NCBI GenBank assembly: GCA_963663235.2
Contig: CAXXNO010000004.1
Coordinates: 448,001 to 512,000, forward strand
DNA: 64,000 nucleotides
Source: Dehalococcoidia bacterium
GTDB taxonomy: Bacteria; Chloroflexota; Dehalococcoidia; Bin125
Direction: 5' to 3'
The notes beneath the pieces were generated by a model. That model saw only the letters and a list, made by a program, of their open reading frames with translations. It was not told the DNA's origin and did not search any database. Below, in pieces: positions 9,745-20,425 of the stretch (its first letter is position 1; every line of letters starts with the position of its first letter). The position numbers were made by a program, and so were the translations under genes.

Positions 9745-10350
9745 GTGTCAGCATCCGTTCCCGCCCCGGCGCTCAAAGAGTGGGCCGTCATCTACGACGC
9801 CATCCTGAGCGGCCGGCAGATCATCGACTTACGCAAGGGCGGCATCCGCGAGACGGAGAGGCACTTCGCCGTCCGCGCGCGGCGGTTCTGGCTGTATCCG
9901 GGCTACGAGCACCAGCGGCGCGAGCTGCTGAAGCCCGCCGTCGCGCGAACGCTGGATCGGGTGCTCCTGGAACGACCCCCGGACGAGGTCATTCGCGTGC
10001 CCGGGTGGGCGGACATCGTCGCCACCGTCGAGGTGTCCACAGACGATGAGATCGCCCGACTCGATCCGGATTTCGTCTGGACGCGCGAATACGCCGAGAG
10101 CCGGTTGCACTGGAAGCCGAAGCAGCCGCTGCATGTGCTGGTACTCCGCGCCTACGCGCTGCGTGAGCCGTTGGAGATCCCAGAGCGGGAGGCGTACCGC
10201 GGTTGCGCGTCCTGGACGGAATTCGTCGATGTGCCCGCCGATCCGGCGCAGCTGCCCGCCGATCCCGTCCTGACTGACGCCGAGTTCGAGGCTCGCAGCC
10301 GCGCGTTGCTCGCGCGGCTGCCTGCCGGCGCCGCGCTCACGCCACCCTGA
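9745..10350 (+). CDS. DUF1802 family protein
   Basis: ALKEW, LRKGGIRE, FWLYPGYEHQ, YRGCASW motifs; start uncertain. Confidence 0.85.
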   Translation: MSASVPAPALKEWAVIYDAILSGRQIIDLRKGGIRETERHFAVRARRFWLYPGYEHQRRELLKPAVARTLDRVLLERPPDEVIRVPGWADIVATVEVSTDDEIARLDPDFVWTREYAESRLHWKPKQPLHVLVLRAYALREPLEIPEREAYRGCASWTEFVDVPADPAQLPADPVLTDAEFEARSRALLARLPAGAALTPP

Positions 10351-10420
10351 CGCCCCGCCAGACGCGACGGCGCGTTGCTCGGCAATCTCCCCGGCGGATC
10401 GTGCGCCTGACTCGCGCCGC

Positions 10421-12181
10421 CTAGCCGTCGTCCGCGATGGGAAGCACCTCAATCCGCACGCGCAGCTGTCCCTCTGCCAGGTCGCCGAGTTGCAGGAAGG
10501 CCGCTTCCGAGAGATCCACGTGGTTGGGCGGCAGCAGGCCCGTGTCCCGTACTACGACGTCGACGGTGCGGTCGCCGCGCGACACGCGAAGCCGCGTCCC
10601 GCAGGGCCAGCTTGTGGCCGCGGCGATGGTGGGGTCGAAGCGATCGTAGGCGCCGCCGCAGGACATCGGGTTCCCGTGGAGCCCGGGGTAGACGAATGTC
10701 GCCGTGCCCTCGGCGACGCCCGCGCCCGGGCCGGTCACGATGTAGGCGGCGAACACCCAACCCGTGTGGCCGGCGGCGTGGACGAAGAGCCACTCGTCGC
10801 CGTTGGCGTCGTGGGCCGTCTGTCCAGTGAGCTCCACGGCGGTCCCCTGGGCGAGGCAGGCCAGGGGCGGGGCATCGACCGTTGTGGGCGCGGGCCGGAT
10901 GTTGAGACAGCCCGGTCCCAGCACGTACGCCGGGGCTGCGCCCGGCGCGGGCTCGTCCTGTGGCGGCTCGTCCTGTGGCGGCTCGTCCTCTGTTGACGAG
11001 GGGCCTTCGTCGGCGGCCCAAAGCGCGGCATCCTGGACGCGCACCCAGAGCGCTTGTCCCGTTTCCAGGGTCTCGAGGTCACTCAGGACGGCCGGCGCGT
11101 GCGGACGGTAGATCCGGTACCGCTGGCTGTCGGCGTCGAAGGCGTAGGCGGCGATCAAGACTTGCTCCAGCCCGCTCATCGCATCCGCCACCGACTGTTG
11201 GCCGCCGGTCCAGGTCACAAGGTTGAAGCCGGCGACGAGCGGCAGCGGCCGGGGCTCGGGGACCGGCGGGACGGCCCAGAGCACGCCGTCGGGCGCGGTC
11301 ACGTGGACCAGCACGCCCTGGCCCGTCTTCAGGGTGGTGAGCGTGTTGGAGACGGGCGGCGCGCCGGGCGCGTAGCGGCTGAACTGTTGCCGCCCTGCAT
11401 CAAAGGTGAAGACGGCATCGATGCTTGCGGCGATGGGCGCCGTCGCGTCCTCGACGTCGGTGAGACCGCTCCAGCCCACCAGGTTCCAGCCGAGGCGGAG
11501 GAACCGCGGCTCGTCGGCCGGCGGCGCGTCGGCCGGATCCACGGGCGGCTCCTGCTCTGTGGGTTCGGCGGGATCGGCCGGCGCGGGCGGCTCCCGGCCG
11601 GGCTGGTTGGTGGAGCGGAAGCGCTCGCCGGCGTAGGCGTTGGAGGCGTTGGTGGGCGGGAGATCGCGCCCTTCGAGTGCGTAGCCGCCGGTGAAGGGGA
11701 TGGTGTCTTGCAACCGCCCCGAGCCCGACGTGCGGTGCACCGCCAGGTGCAGGTGGGCGAGGCCGCCGTTCCCGGCGAGCCCGGCCGGGGCCACTTCCCC
11801 GATCAGCCGTCCGGCAGCGATCGCGAGGCCCGGCGCGACGTCCGGCGCAGGGAAGAGGTGGCAGAACAGGATCGCCATGCCGTGCTGGTCATCGATCGTG
11901 AGGCACTGCTCCGAGACCCAGCTGACTGTGCCGGCGAGAGGGGCCAGCACCAGGGCGCCGGCAGTCGGCGCGTCCTCGCGCACCAGGTCGATGGCGTAGG
12001 GGTCGTCGCCGGTGTGCGTCGCCGTGTTGTAGCCGGCGACGATCGACCACTCGCTGCCGGCCGGGGCGGGCAGCAAGAGGAGCGGGTGATCGGCCTGGAC
12101 GACGGTCGGCCGGCCACCGGCAGCCAAGAGGAGCACGGTCAACACGCTTATGACCGCTGCCCAGGTGCAAACGCGGCGCAT
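10421..12181 (-). CDS. Secreted multidomain cell-wall enzyme: M23-like peptidase + two GWNLV repeats + SH3b + RlpA-like DPBB domain
   Basis: Signal peptide; H....YAIDL and HLHL; LNIRPAP...GWV (SH3b); AAATSWPCGTRLRV...VRDTG...VDLS (DPBB). Confidence 0.8.
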   Translation of the reverse strand: MRRVCTWAAVISVLTVLLLAAGGRPTVVQADHPLLLLPAPAGSEWSIVAGYNTATHTGDDPYAIDLVREDAPTAGALVLAPLAGTVSWVSEQCLTIDDQHGMAILFCHLFPAPDVAPGLAIAAGRLIGEVAPAGLAGNGGLAHLHLAVHRTSGSGRLQDTIPFTGGYALEGRDLPPTNASNAYAGERFRSTNQPGREPPAPADPAEPTEQEPPVDPADAPPADEPRFLRLGWNLVGWSGLTDVEDATAPIAASIDAVFTFDAGRQQFSRYAPGAPPVSNTLTTLKTGQGVLVHVTAPDGVLWAVPPVPEPRPLPLVAGFNLVTWTGGQQSVADAMSGLEQVLIAAYAFDADSQRYRIYRPHAPAVLSDLETLETGQALWVRVQDAALWAADEGPSSTEDEPPQDEPPQDEPAPGAAPAYVLGPGCLNIRPAPTTVDAPPLACLAQGTAVELTGQTAHDANGDEWLFVHAAGHTGWVFAAYIVTGPGAGVAEGTATFVYPGLHGNPMSCGGAYDRFDPTIAAATSWPCGTRLRVSRGDRTVDVVVRDTGLLPPNHVDLSEAAFLQLGDLAEGQLRVRIEVLPIADDG

Positions 12182-12431
12182 GGTCCGGACACTCTGACGA
12201 GGAGGCGCGGTTCGATCCAGTCATTCGTTGTTAACGCGAGGCGACGGGTTGCGCGCGGTTGGGCGGGCTGCGCGGCGCCGCCCGGGAATCACCGGCGCCG
12301 CTACACTACAGCGGCGCGGTACGCTCGGTGATGAGCCCGCCCTGCGGGCGGTGATGCACCCCCGGACTTGTCGAGAGCCTGCCAAGCAACGCCCGGACGC
12401 GGCGGCGGGTGCCCGGCGGAAAGGACGGACG

Positions 12432-13214
12432 ATGAACGGACGCTTCGAGGGCAAGGTAGCGGTGATCACCGGTGCGGCCGGCGGCATCGGCCGCGCGGCG
12501 GCGGAGCGCTTCGCGTCGGACGGCGCGCGCGTCGTGTTGGTGGACCTGACGGGGAGCCCGCTGGATGAGACGGTCGCCGCCGTGCAGCGGGCCGGGTCCG
12601 AGGCGCTGGCGGTGGAGGCGGACGTGTCCAAGGCCGCCGACGTTGAGCGCTACGTGGAGCAGGCGACGGCGCGATTTGGGGGCGTCGATATCCTCTTCAA
12701 CAACGCTGGGATTCTGGGCCCGGTCGTCGCCCTCGCCGACTATGCGGAAGAGACGTTCGACAAGGTGATGGCGATCAACGCGAAGGGCGCCTGGCTGGGC
12801 ACGAAGGCCGTCGCACCGGTCATGAGCCGGCGCGGCGGGGGCGCGATCATCAACACGGCCTCGACGGCGGGGCTGGCCGCCGCGCCGATGCTGGTGGCCT
12901 ACGGGGCCAGCAAGCACGCCGTCATCGGCATCACGCAGACCGCCGCGGTGGAGCTGGCGCCTCAGGGGATCCGGGTGAATGCGATCTGCCCCGGACCCAC
13001 GGAGACCCAGATGATGCGGGCCGCCGAGCGGGGCTACAACCCCGACGCGCCCGAGGACGAACACCAGGCGTGGGCGGGCAGCGTCCCGCTGAAGCGTTAC
13101 GGGGACCCGGCAGAGATGGCGGCGGCGGTCGCCTTTCTCGCCAGCGACGACGCCTCCTTCATCACCGGCAGCATCTACAACGTGGACGGCGGCTTGATGT
13201 GCCAGCAGAAGTGA
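12432..13214 (+). CDS. SDR family oxidoreductase
   Basis: TGAAGGIG, NNAG, YGASK, VDGG. Confidence 0.93.
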   Translation: MNGRFEGKVAVITGAAGGIGRAAAERFASDGARVVLVDLTGSPLDETVAAVQRAGSEALAVEADVSKAADVERYVEQATARFGGVDILFNNAGILGPVVALADYAEETFDKVMAINAKGAWLGTKAVAPVMSRRGGGAIINTASTAGLAAAPMLVAYGASKHAVIGITQTAAVELAPQGIRVNAICPGPTETQMMRAAERGYNPDAPEDEHQAWAGSVPLKRYGDPAEMAAAVAFLASDDASFITGSIYNVDGGLMCQQK

Positions 13215-13251
13215 TCGCGCTCCGGGGCCGGCCGTCGTAAGTGGGATCGGC

Positions 13252-13971
13252 ATGAACCCGCCGCGAGCGGATCGCGAGCGCTGGCGCCCGGCATCCGCGG
13301 TGGCCGGCCATCCGCTGGCCGCCATCGAGGGGAGCGCTGTGGGCGACGGCTTCACGCTCGAGGTGGAGATCGGTCCGACGAATTCGGTCGGGGCGGCCTA
13401 TTTCCGCGCCTTCTTGCGTGACCCGGACCGGGGCCGCACGGTGGATCCGGTGATCGAAGGCCTCCAGAACTGTGGGATCTACCCGGCGTTCAACTGGGTG
13501 GAAGTCAGCGCGTGCAACACCCGGCTCCGACTCCAGACGGGAGAGAGCGCCGATCCCTCCGCCGTGGTTGACGGCGGCCTTCTGGCGCGGCTCGCGGAGC
13601 TGGTACCCTCCGGCGGGCACCTGATGGTGGAGTACGACTCGCCGGGGCGCGCGCTGACGGCGAAGGCCTTGACGGCGGGCGTGCCGCCGGCCGCCACCCC
13701 GCTGGGAGCGATGCTGTTCGACGTGGGCTGCGGCGCAGCCTTCAAGGACTGGTACATCGCGGAAGGGGGCCGCGAGGGGCCGCGCAAGCTGCAAGGCTTC
13801 CGGGCGCTCGATGCGGAGCACGAGCGTCGTCGCGGGCTGGAGATGTTGGACGTCTTGGAGGCGTTCTTGGGCCGCAGCGGCGACCTGGACGCCGCGATCG
13901 AGACGGCGACGCGGCCGCTCGCGGCGGGCGTCGTCGCCGCGCTCCGTGAGCGGCAGAGCAGACCGAACTGA
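13252..13971 (+). CDS. DUF1122 family protein
   Basis: GGHLMVEY, VPPAATPLG, FKDWYIAEGGREGPRKLQG. Confidence 0.8.
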   Translation: MNPPRADRERWRPASAVAGHPLAAIEGSAVGDGFTLEVEIGPTNSVGAAYFRAFLRDPDRGRTVDPVIEGLQNCGIYPAFNWVEVSACNTRLRLQTGESADPSAVVDGGLLARLAELVPSGGHLMVEYDSPGRALTAKALTAGVPPAATPLGAMLFDVGCGAAFKDWYIAEGGREGPRKLQGFRALDAEHERRRGLEMLDVLEAFLGRSGDLDAAIETATRPLAAGVVAALRERQSRPN

Positions 13972-14050
13972 CGGACATAAAGTGGATCGTGGCGGCTACG
14001 CCCAGGTGGGCTATCCTCCGGCGTGCGGCAACCAATGAGGGGGAGTGGCG

Positions 14051-15190
14051 ATGCAGACGCTCAGTGTAATCAAGGCGGACGTGGGTGGCTTCGTGGGGCA
14101 TTCGGCGATGCACCCAGAGGTCCTGGCTACCGGGCGCGAGGCGCTGGCCGGCGCGGTCCAGGCGGGCCTGCTCATCGACGGGCACGCGGCGGCCTGTGGC
14201 GACGATCTCTTTCTGGTGATGTCGCACGATCATGGGACGGACAGCGAGGCGATTCATCATTTCGCCTGGGACACCTTCCTTGCGGGGACGGAGGTGGCCA
14301 AGAAACTGCACCTCTATGGGGCAGGGCAGGATCTCCTCACGGACGCCTTTTCCGGCAACATCCGCGGGGCCGGGCCCGGGGCGGCGGAGATGGAGCTTGA
14401 GGAGCGGCCCTCGGAGCCGGTGATCGTGTTCATGGGGGACAAGACCTCAGCCGGCGCGTTCAACCTTCCCTTCTTCAAGATGTTCGCCGACCCCTTTAAC
14501 ACTGCCGGACTGGTCATCGCCGACGCGCTGCACGACGGCTTCAGCTTTGAGGTCCACGACCTGAAGGAGCAGCGAAAAATCGAGTTGCACTGCCCGGATG
14601 AGGTGTACGACCTGCTGGTCTTCATCGGCTCTCCCTCCCGCTACGTGATCAAGCGCGTGCGGTCCCGCCATACCGGCGACGTGGGGGCGGTCACGTCTAC
14701 CGAGAAACTGGCGCTGATCGCCGGTCGCTACGTGGGCAAAGACGACCCGGCGGCGATCGTCCGCTGTCAGGGCGTGTTCCCCGCCGTGGGCGAAGTCCTG
14801 GAGCCGTTCACCACGGCCTGGACCGTGGAGGGGTTCATGCGCGGGTCGCACCACGGCCCGTGGATGCCGGTCTCGCAAGCGGACGCGCATCCGGCGCGCT
14901 TCGACGGCCCCCCGCGAGTGGTGGCGCTGGGGTTCCAGATCGCGAATGGGAAGTTCGTCGGACCGCGCGATATGTTCGACGACCCCTCCTTCAACGATGC
15001 GCGCGCGGAGGCCAACCAGGTTTCCAACTACCTCCGCAAGCACGGCCCCTTTGAGCCCCACCGGCTTCCGCTGGAAGAGATGGAGTACACGACCATGCCG
15101 GCCGTGGCGGCGAAGATGGCCGACCGCTGGTCCGTGCTGGACGAGGCGTCGCCGCCGCGGAAGGAGCCCGAGGGCGTGAGCCCCCGCTAG
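14051..15190 (+). CDS. fbp: Bifunctional fructose-1,6-bisphosphate aldolase/phosphatase (class V FBPase)
   Basis: TLSVIKADVGG, LYGAGQDLL, FADPFNTAGL, YVGKDDP, MRGSHHGP, GPFEPHRL, MEYTT. Confidence 0.95.
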   Translation: MQTLSVIKADVGGFVGHSAMHPEVLATGREALAGAVQAGLLIDGHAAACGDDLFLVMSHDHGTDSEAIHHFAWDTFLAGTEVAKKLHLYGAGQDLLTDAFSGNIRGAGPGAAEMELEERPSEPVIVFMGDKTSAGAFNLPFFKMFADPFNTAGLVIADALHDGFSFEVHDLKEQRKIELHCPDEVYDLLVFIGSPSRYVIKRVRSRHTGDVGAVTSTEKLALIAGRYVGKDDPAAIVRCQGVFPAVGEVLEPFTTAWTVEGFMRGSHHGPWMPVSQADAHPARFDGPPRVVALGFQIANGKFVGPRDMFDDPSFNDARAEANQVSNYLRKHGPFEPHRLPLEEMEYTTMPAVAAKMADRWSVLDEASPPRKEPEGVSPR

Positions 15191-15456
15191 GCGCGGGCGT
15201 TCAACGACCGCGCGCCCATCCGCCAGGATTGGACGCCCCCTGGGCATCGAGCAGAGCGCGTTCGCCGCGTGTCTCCATCCCGTAACGCGACCCTGGTCGC
15301 GTCGATAAGCGGCCGATAAGCGATCGCTCCGCCTCGGCGCTCCCTTCGGGAACCCCGGCCCGCGGCGCCATCGCCGATCGCGGGCCGGGGATGGTACGCT
15401 CCGCGACGCATCCTTGATGGCCCCCGAGGGCGTAAGGGCGGTGGAGGGGGGAGCAG

Positions 15457-17256
15457 ATGGCGGCTCAGGACGGCTCGGATCTGGACGCGACGTTCGACCC
15501 GATCACCTTTGAGGTGCTGCGGAACGCGTTCGCTGCCGTATGCAACGGCATGGCGTTGGTGGTGGCGAAGACGGCGTATTCGACGCCGGTCAACGAGGCC
15601 CGGGATTTCGCCGGCGCGGTCTACGACCGCCACGGCAAACTGGTGGCGCAAGGCGAGTTCGACCTGCCGGCGTTCGTGGGACTGACGATGCTCACCGTGC
15701 CGGAGGTGATCCGGGCGATCAGATTGGAGAAGATGCGGCCCGGCGACATCTACATGATCAACGACCCCTACGTGGCCAGCACCCACTGCAACGACATCCA
15801 CCTGGTCAAGCCGATCTTCCACGAAGGGGACTTGATCGCGTTTGTCACGTCTACCGCCCACTGGTCGGACGTGGGCGGCGTCGCCCCGGGATCGTTGAAC
15901 TCCCGCGCGCGGAGCCACTTCGAAGAGGGTGTGCGTATCCCCGCGCTCACCATCTACAAACAAGACGAGCTCAACCACGACGTGCTCAAGATCCTCCTGG
16001 CGAACATGCGGGGGGCGTGGGAGCGGATGGGAGACTTTAACGCACAGGTCTCCGCCGTGCGAATCGGCGAGGAGCAGTTGCTCGTCCTGGTCGCGCGACA
16101 CGGCTTGCAGACCGTGCTGAGCACGATGGAAGAGGTGCAGAACCACTCCGAGCGGCTCGCGCGTGCGGCCTGGAGCAGCCTGCCGGACGGCGTCTATGAA
16201 GCCGAGGATCGGGTGGATCAGGACGTGTATACGGGGGAGCCGAAGCTGATCCGCCTGAAGCTCACCATCGAAGGCGACCACGCGGTCTTCGATCTCACCG
16301 GGAGCGACGGACCGGCCCAAGCGAGCATCAACTGCACGTTCCCGGCTACGACCTCCGGCGTCTTCATTGGTCTGGCCAGTATCCTGCCGCCGATGCCCAT
16401 GAACTCGGGCGTGATGCGCTCGATCGAGATCGAGGCGCGCCGCGGATCGCTTGTCTGGGCGCAGCCCCCGGTGGGTATCTCCGGGTTGGCCGCCACCAGC
16501 ATGGAGTGCGTGATCGGCTGCTGCATGCAGGCGCTGAGTCAGGCGCTGCCGGAGCGCGGCGCGGCGACGGCGTTCAGCATCCTCAATACGGTCTTCGCGG
16601 GCCACGACACCCGGCCCGACTTCGATTCCCCGTTCATCAACTACGTCTGGGGCTTCGGCGGCCTGGGCGCGACGAAGCGCAACGACGGCGCGAGCGTGGT
16701 GGGCTCCCCCTACACCGCGAGCACCCGCAACATCCCGGCCGAGCTGCAAGAGCGCCGCTATCCGGTCCTCTGGCGTCGACACCAGTTCACGCAGGACTCG
16801 GGCGGCCCCGGCGCGACCCGCGGCGGTACCAGCCTCCTGCAGATCGTGGAGTTCGCCTACACGGACGGGACGATCTCCTGCATCGGCGACCGCGAGCGCT
16901 TCGGTCCCCCCGGCATCTTCGGCGGCGAGCCGGGCGATCTCGCCGGCCTGGTCATCAACAAGGGGAGCGAGAGCGAACGCAACATCGGCATCTTTTCGGT
17001 GAACGAGTCGGTGGCGCGCGGCGAGCTGATGACGTTCTGGTCCGCCGGCGGCGGGGGCTACGGCGATCCGCTCGATCGCGACGTGGCGCGGGTCGTCGAG
17101 GACGTCAAGGACGAGATCGTCTCGATTGCGGCGGCGCGGTCAACGTACGGGGTCGTGTTCGCCGAGAGCGACCGGCGGACGCTGCGCTTCGAGGTGGACG
17201 AGGGCGCCACCGCGAAGCGGCGGCTGGAGATGCGCGCGGCCGGCGCCCGCACCTGA
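15457..17256 (+). CDS. Hydantoinase B/oxoprolinase family subunit (paralog 2)
   Basis: Same motifs as 7619..9415, with long identical peptide stretches. Confidence 0.92.
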   Translation: MAAQDGSDLDATFDPITFEVLRNAFAAVCNGMALVVAKTAYSTPVNEARDFAGAVYDRHGKLVAQGEFDLPAFVGLTMLTVPEVIRAIRLEKMRPGDIYMINDPYVASTHCNDIHLVKPIFHEGDLIAFVTSTAHWSDVGGVAPGSLNSRARSHFEEGVRIPALTIYKQDELNHDVLKILLANMRGAWERMGDFNAQVSAVRIGEEQLLVLVARHGLQTVLSTMEEVQNHSERLARAAWSSLPDGVYEAEDRVDQDVYTGEPKLIRLKLTIEGDHAVFDLTGSDGPAQASINCTFPATTSGVFIGLASILPPMPMNSGVMRSIEIEARRGSLVWAQPPVGISGLAATSMECVIGCCMQALSQALPERGAATAFSILNTVFAGHDTRPDFDSPFINYVWGFGGLGATKRNDGASVVGSPYTASTRNIPAELQERRYPVLWRRHQFTQDSGGPGATRGGTSLLQIVEFAYTDGTISCIGDRERFGPPGIFGGEPGDLAGLVINKGSESERNIGIFSVNESVARGELMTFWSAGGGGYGDPLDRDVARVVEDVKDEIVSIAAARSTYGVVFAESDRRTLRFEVDEGATAKRRLEMRAAGART

Positions 17257-17279
17257 CACGGACCCTGCTTGCTCGCGGC

Positions 17280-20008
17280 TTAGGGGCCTTGGCCGCCGCC
17301 GACCGAGATCGGGAGATCCGAGGCCCGACAGTTGTTCGTCTCATCCCTCTCGTCGAATTGATCGGCGCCGTCGGCGCAGGCGATCAGTAAGTAGGTACCC
17401 GGCGGCGTGTTCAGCGGGATCACGAGCGTCACGGACCCCTCCGAGACATTGACTTCGGACAACTGTTGCCCGATCTGGGCGGCGATGAGCCCCGTCAGGT
17501 TCGGCAACGGGATGGGGAACGGCGGAACCGGGCGCTCGACATCGAACAGGATCGATAGGGGGCCCATGACCCGGCTCTCGTCCAGGTAGTAGCGGACGAC
17601 CGTCGCCGGGGCGTCATCGCCAGCGAAGCGCACCCGATCCTGCACCACGAAGCTGCCACCCGGGCTCCCCGACCGCGGCGGGTTTGTGAGGGACTCGAGG
17701 GTGAGATCGCCGACGAAGATGAACGGCTCGCCTTCGACGGTGAGTTGCTCATCGGAGGCGAGGCAGTTGTTGGTCTCGGTGAGCTCGTCGATCTTTTCGG
17801 TGTCGTCCGCGCAGGCGATGACGAAGTAGTCGCCGTTGGCCTCGGCGGGCACGGTCGCGGTGACGGTCTGCGTATCGCTGTCGCCGCTGCCCAGGCTCGG
17901 CACCTGGTGCAGACCGATCAAGAGCAGGTCATTGCTGCTCTGGGTCTGGTCTCGGGACAGGTAGAACCGCGTGAAGGACGAATCCGCGGTGATGCCGCCG
18001 ATGTTTGCGGTCGTGTCGGTGATGGAGATGGCGAAGCCCGCCTCGATCACGGCGGAAAGGAAGTCGACCAGCGTGATCGTGAGGTCCGAGCAGCCGTCCC
18101 GTTCGCGCCCGAACCAGACGAAGCGGTGCTCGGCGTCGTCGTTGGTCCCGCCGTCCTGCATGGTGTAGAGCGTGCCGAGCCAGGTGTCGCGGCAGTTGTC
18201 GTACGCGGCGGCGGCCCCGTAGTCGCCGTAACGCCCGTTCGCCTGCGCGCCGCTGCCCGAGCCGACGGGCGCGTCGTTGCCGACGCGCAGCGTATGGTTC
18301 TCCCACGGCGCCGGTGGGCCCGAGATGTCGTCCCAGATGAACGCTTGCGCCCTCGGGTAGTGACCGCCCCCCATCACGTAGATCGGCCCGGCGATGTCGC
18401 CGCGGCGGTTCACGCCCACCGCCGGCATCACCCAGGCATAGGACTCGTGCCAGATGTGTGGCTGGCTGGTCAAGGTGAGATCGGAGGTGCGGAAGATCGC
18501 GACCCGCGTGTGCGGGAAGGGCCAGCCGCTGCTTGAATCCTGCGCCGCATGCCACATGAAGCCGAGCCCGCTGTCGCCGACCCAAGCCACGGACAGGCGA
18601 CGGTTGAAGCGGCCGCAGGGGTCGCTGCCGTCCGGCGCGGTGCAGGAGTAATCGCCCCGGTTGCTGGTGGGGAAGGTGCTGATGCTTCGGGTGAAGAGGC
18701 TGATCGACGCCGAGGAGTCGCTCGCGCGGCCGATGTGGAGGGAGTTATTGCCGGAGCCGTCGTGCACGCCCCAGTACATCGTGCTGCTGTCGTCGGCCAG
18801 CGCGATGCCGTAGTAGTCATCGTTGAAGTAGTACTGCCAGGAGACGCTGCCGCAGGAGGATGAGAAGTCGGCGAGCCCCATCCGCCAGACGTAGCCGCCC
18901 TGGTGGCTGCTGCTATCGGAAGAGGCGCTGTACTGGTAAACGTTCGAGGTGAGGTAGAGCCAGTCCTCGGACGATTCCATGCCGTTGAAGTCGAACCAGT
19001 AGGAGTTGGGCTGGCCGAAATCCTGCGGCGTGTAGTCGTAGACGCAGTAGGTCTGCGCGGCCAGGGCGCTGCGGCCCTCATAGACCACGATGCGGACGGT
19101 GTTGTTGCCGCTGCCGTCGCGCGAGTACTGGAGCAACCAGAACAGGAGGCCGCTGGCGTCGTCGTAGTGGACGAGCTGGTCGCAGCAGAAGGAGCCGCCG
19201 CTGCTGGGCGCGGAGAAGTTGCTGTACGGGTTGATGTAGCTCCAGCTCGACCCGTTGTCGAACGAGGCGGCCGCGTGCCAGTTCCCCGTGTAGAGGATTG
19301 CGTTGCGATCGTTGCCCGCGTCCGGCTCGCCGATGCGGCTGGTGTTGGTACCCTGGAGCACCTCGGTATTGCGGAAGATGACGAAATCATTGGCGGCGGC
19401 CGTCTGCAGCCCCGCCTGCACGGCCGGCAAGAGCAGCGTGAGAACCTGGTCGACCGGCGAGACGAGCCACAGCACCAACCCATCCACGAGCGGGAAATCG
19501 CCCCGTCCGAGCGCCGGAATGTACGGATTCCAGCGTCCCGCATCTGGATTGAAGAGCCAGGCGATGGTGAGGTCGCCGAACCAGTCCGATGCCGTTGTGC
19601 CCGGACCGAGATTCCAGAACAGGAACTGGCCGCCCGCGCGCACCGAGAGGGTGCGCTCGTCGCCGTCGGGGACCTGGACATCCGGGCGCTGGCCGCCGCG
19701 CGGTCCGCTGTCGATGTCGGTGCTCTCCACCTCCGGCGGCGCAACCGGGTCCAGGGCCTCGTTGCGGTCCACCTCCGGGTTGGCCAGGTTCATGCCCAGT
19801 TCGCGGTCGCGGATCTGTTCCGGCGTGGGGATGGGGGGCGTGTCGAGCAGTTCCCCCGTCCCGGGGCGACGCCGGGGACCGCGGCGGCGTCGGTCCAGCG
19901 CGCGTCAGACGGCGCCTGCGCCTCTCCGATGGAGGGGTTGGCGATCCAGGCGAATCCAAGGACCGAGGCAGCGAGGACGACGAGGGCCGGAGTCTTCGAG
20001 AAGGACAT
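17280..20008 (-). CDS. Large secreted protein: signal peptide, divergent GWNLV-like module, Ser/Tyr/Trp-rich beta domain and two CARDB-like Ig domains; frameshift at the homopolymer 19853-19857
   Basis: Signal peptide in ORF 19790..20020 joins ORF 17280..19793 if one G is added (GRGELLDTPPIPTPEQIRDRELGMNL); GDYFVIACAD...ETNNC occurs twice. Confidence 0.75.
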
Positions 20009-20325
20009 GATGCGCTCCAAGCGCCGCCTGCGGGGCGCGGCCGCTAGGCCGGAAGGCTAACGCGGTTCCGTTGAGGCTGCAACGGCGCGCGCCGTCCGTG
20101 CTCCCCGGAGCCGGCGGTTGCACGTCGCCTGATCGTCCCAGCGCTTGTCGAAGAAGCCCGCCGCCTGCGGCAGCGGTGGAGGCAGGGAATGTCCGGCCGG
20201 CTGAGATCGGCTGCGCACACCCGATGGATCCGACCCGACCGGCTGGGCTCGCGGCGTGGGGCGTATACTTCCGCCGCGCGGTCGCGCCGCGTTGACGCGA
20301 GGGACGGAGAGCGCAGGACGGCGAG

Positions 20326-20409
20326 ATGATCGCAAACCGCGATCCCGGATCGGCGACCACCATCGAGCCGAGCACGTTCAAGGTGCTGCGCAACGAACGT
20401 TCGCGGTAG
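20326..20409 (+). pseudogene. N-terminal relic of a hydantoinase B gene (27 aa)
   Basis: MIANRDPGSATTIEPSTFKVLRNERSR* resembles IDPITFEVLRN of paralogs 1 and 2. Confidence 0.55.
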
Positions 20410-20425
20410 CGGCAGGGAGGGGTCC

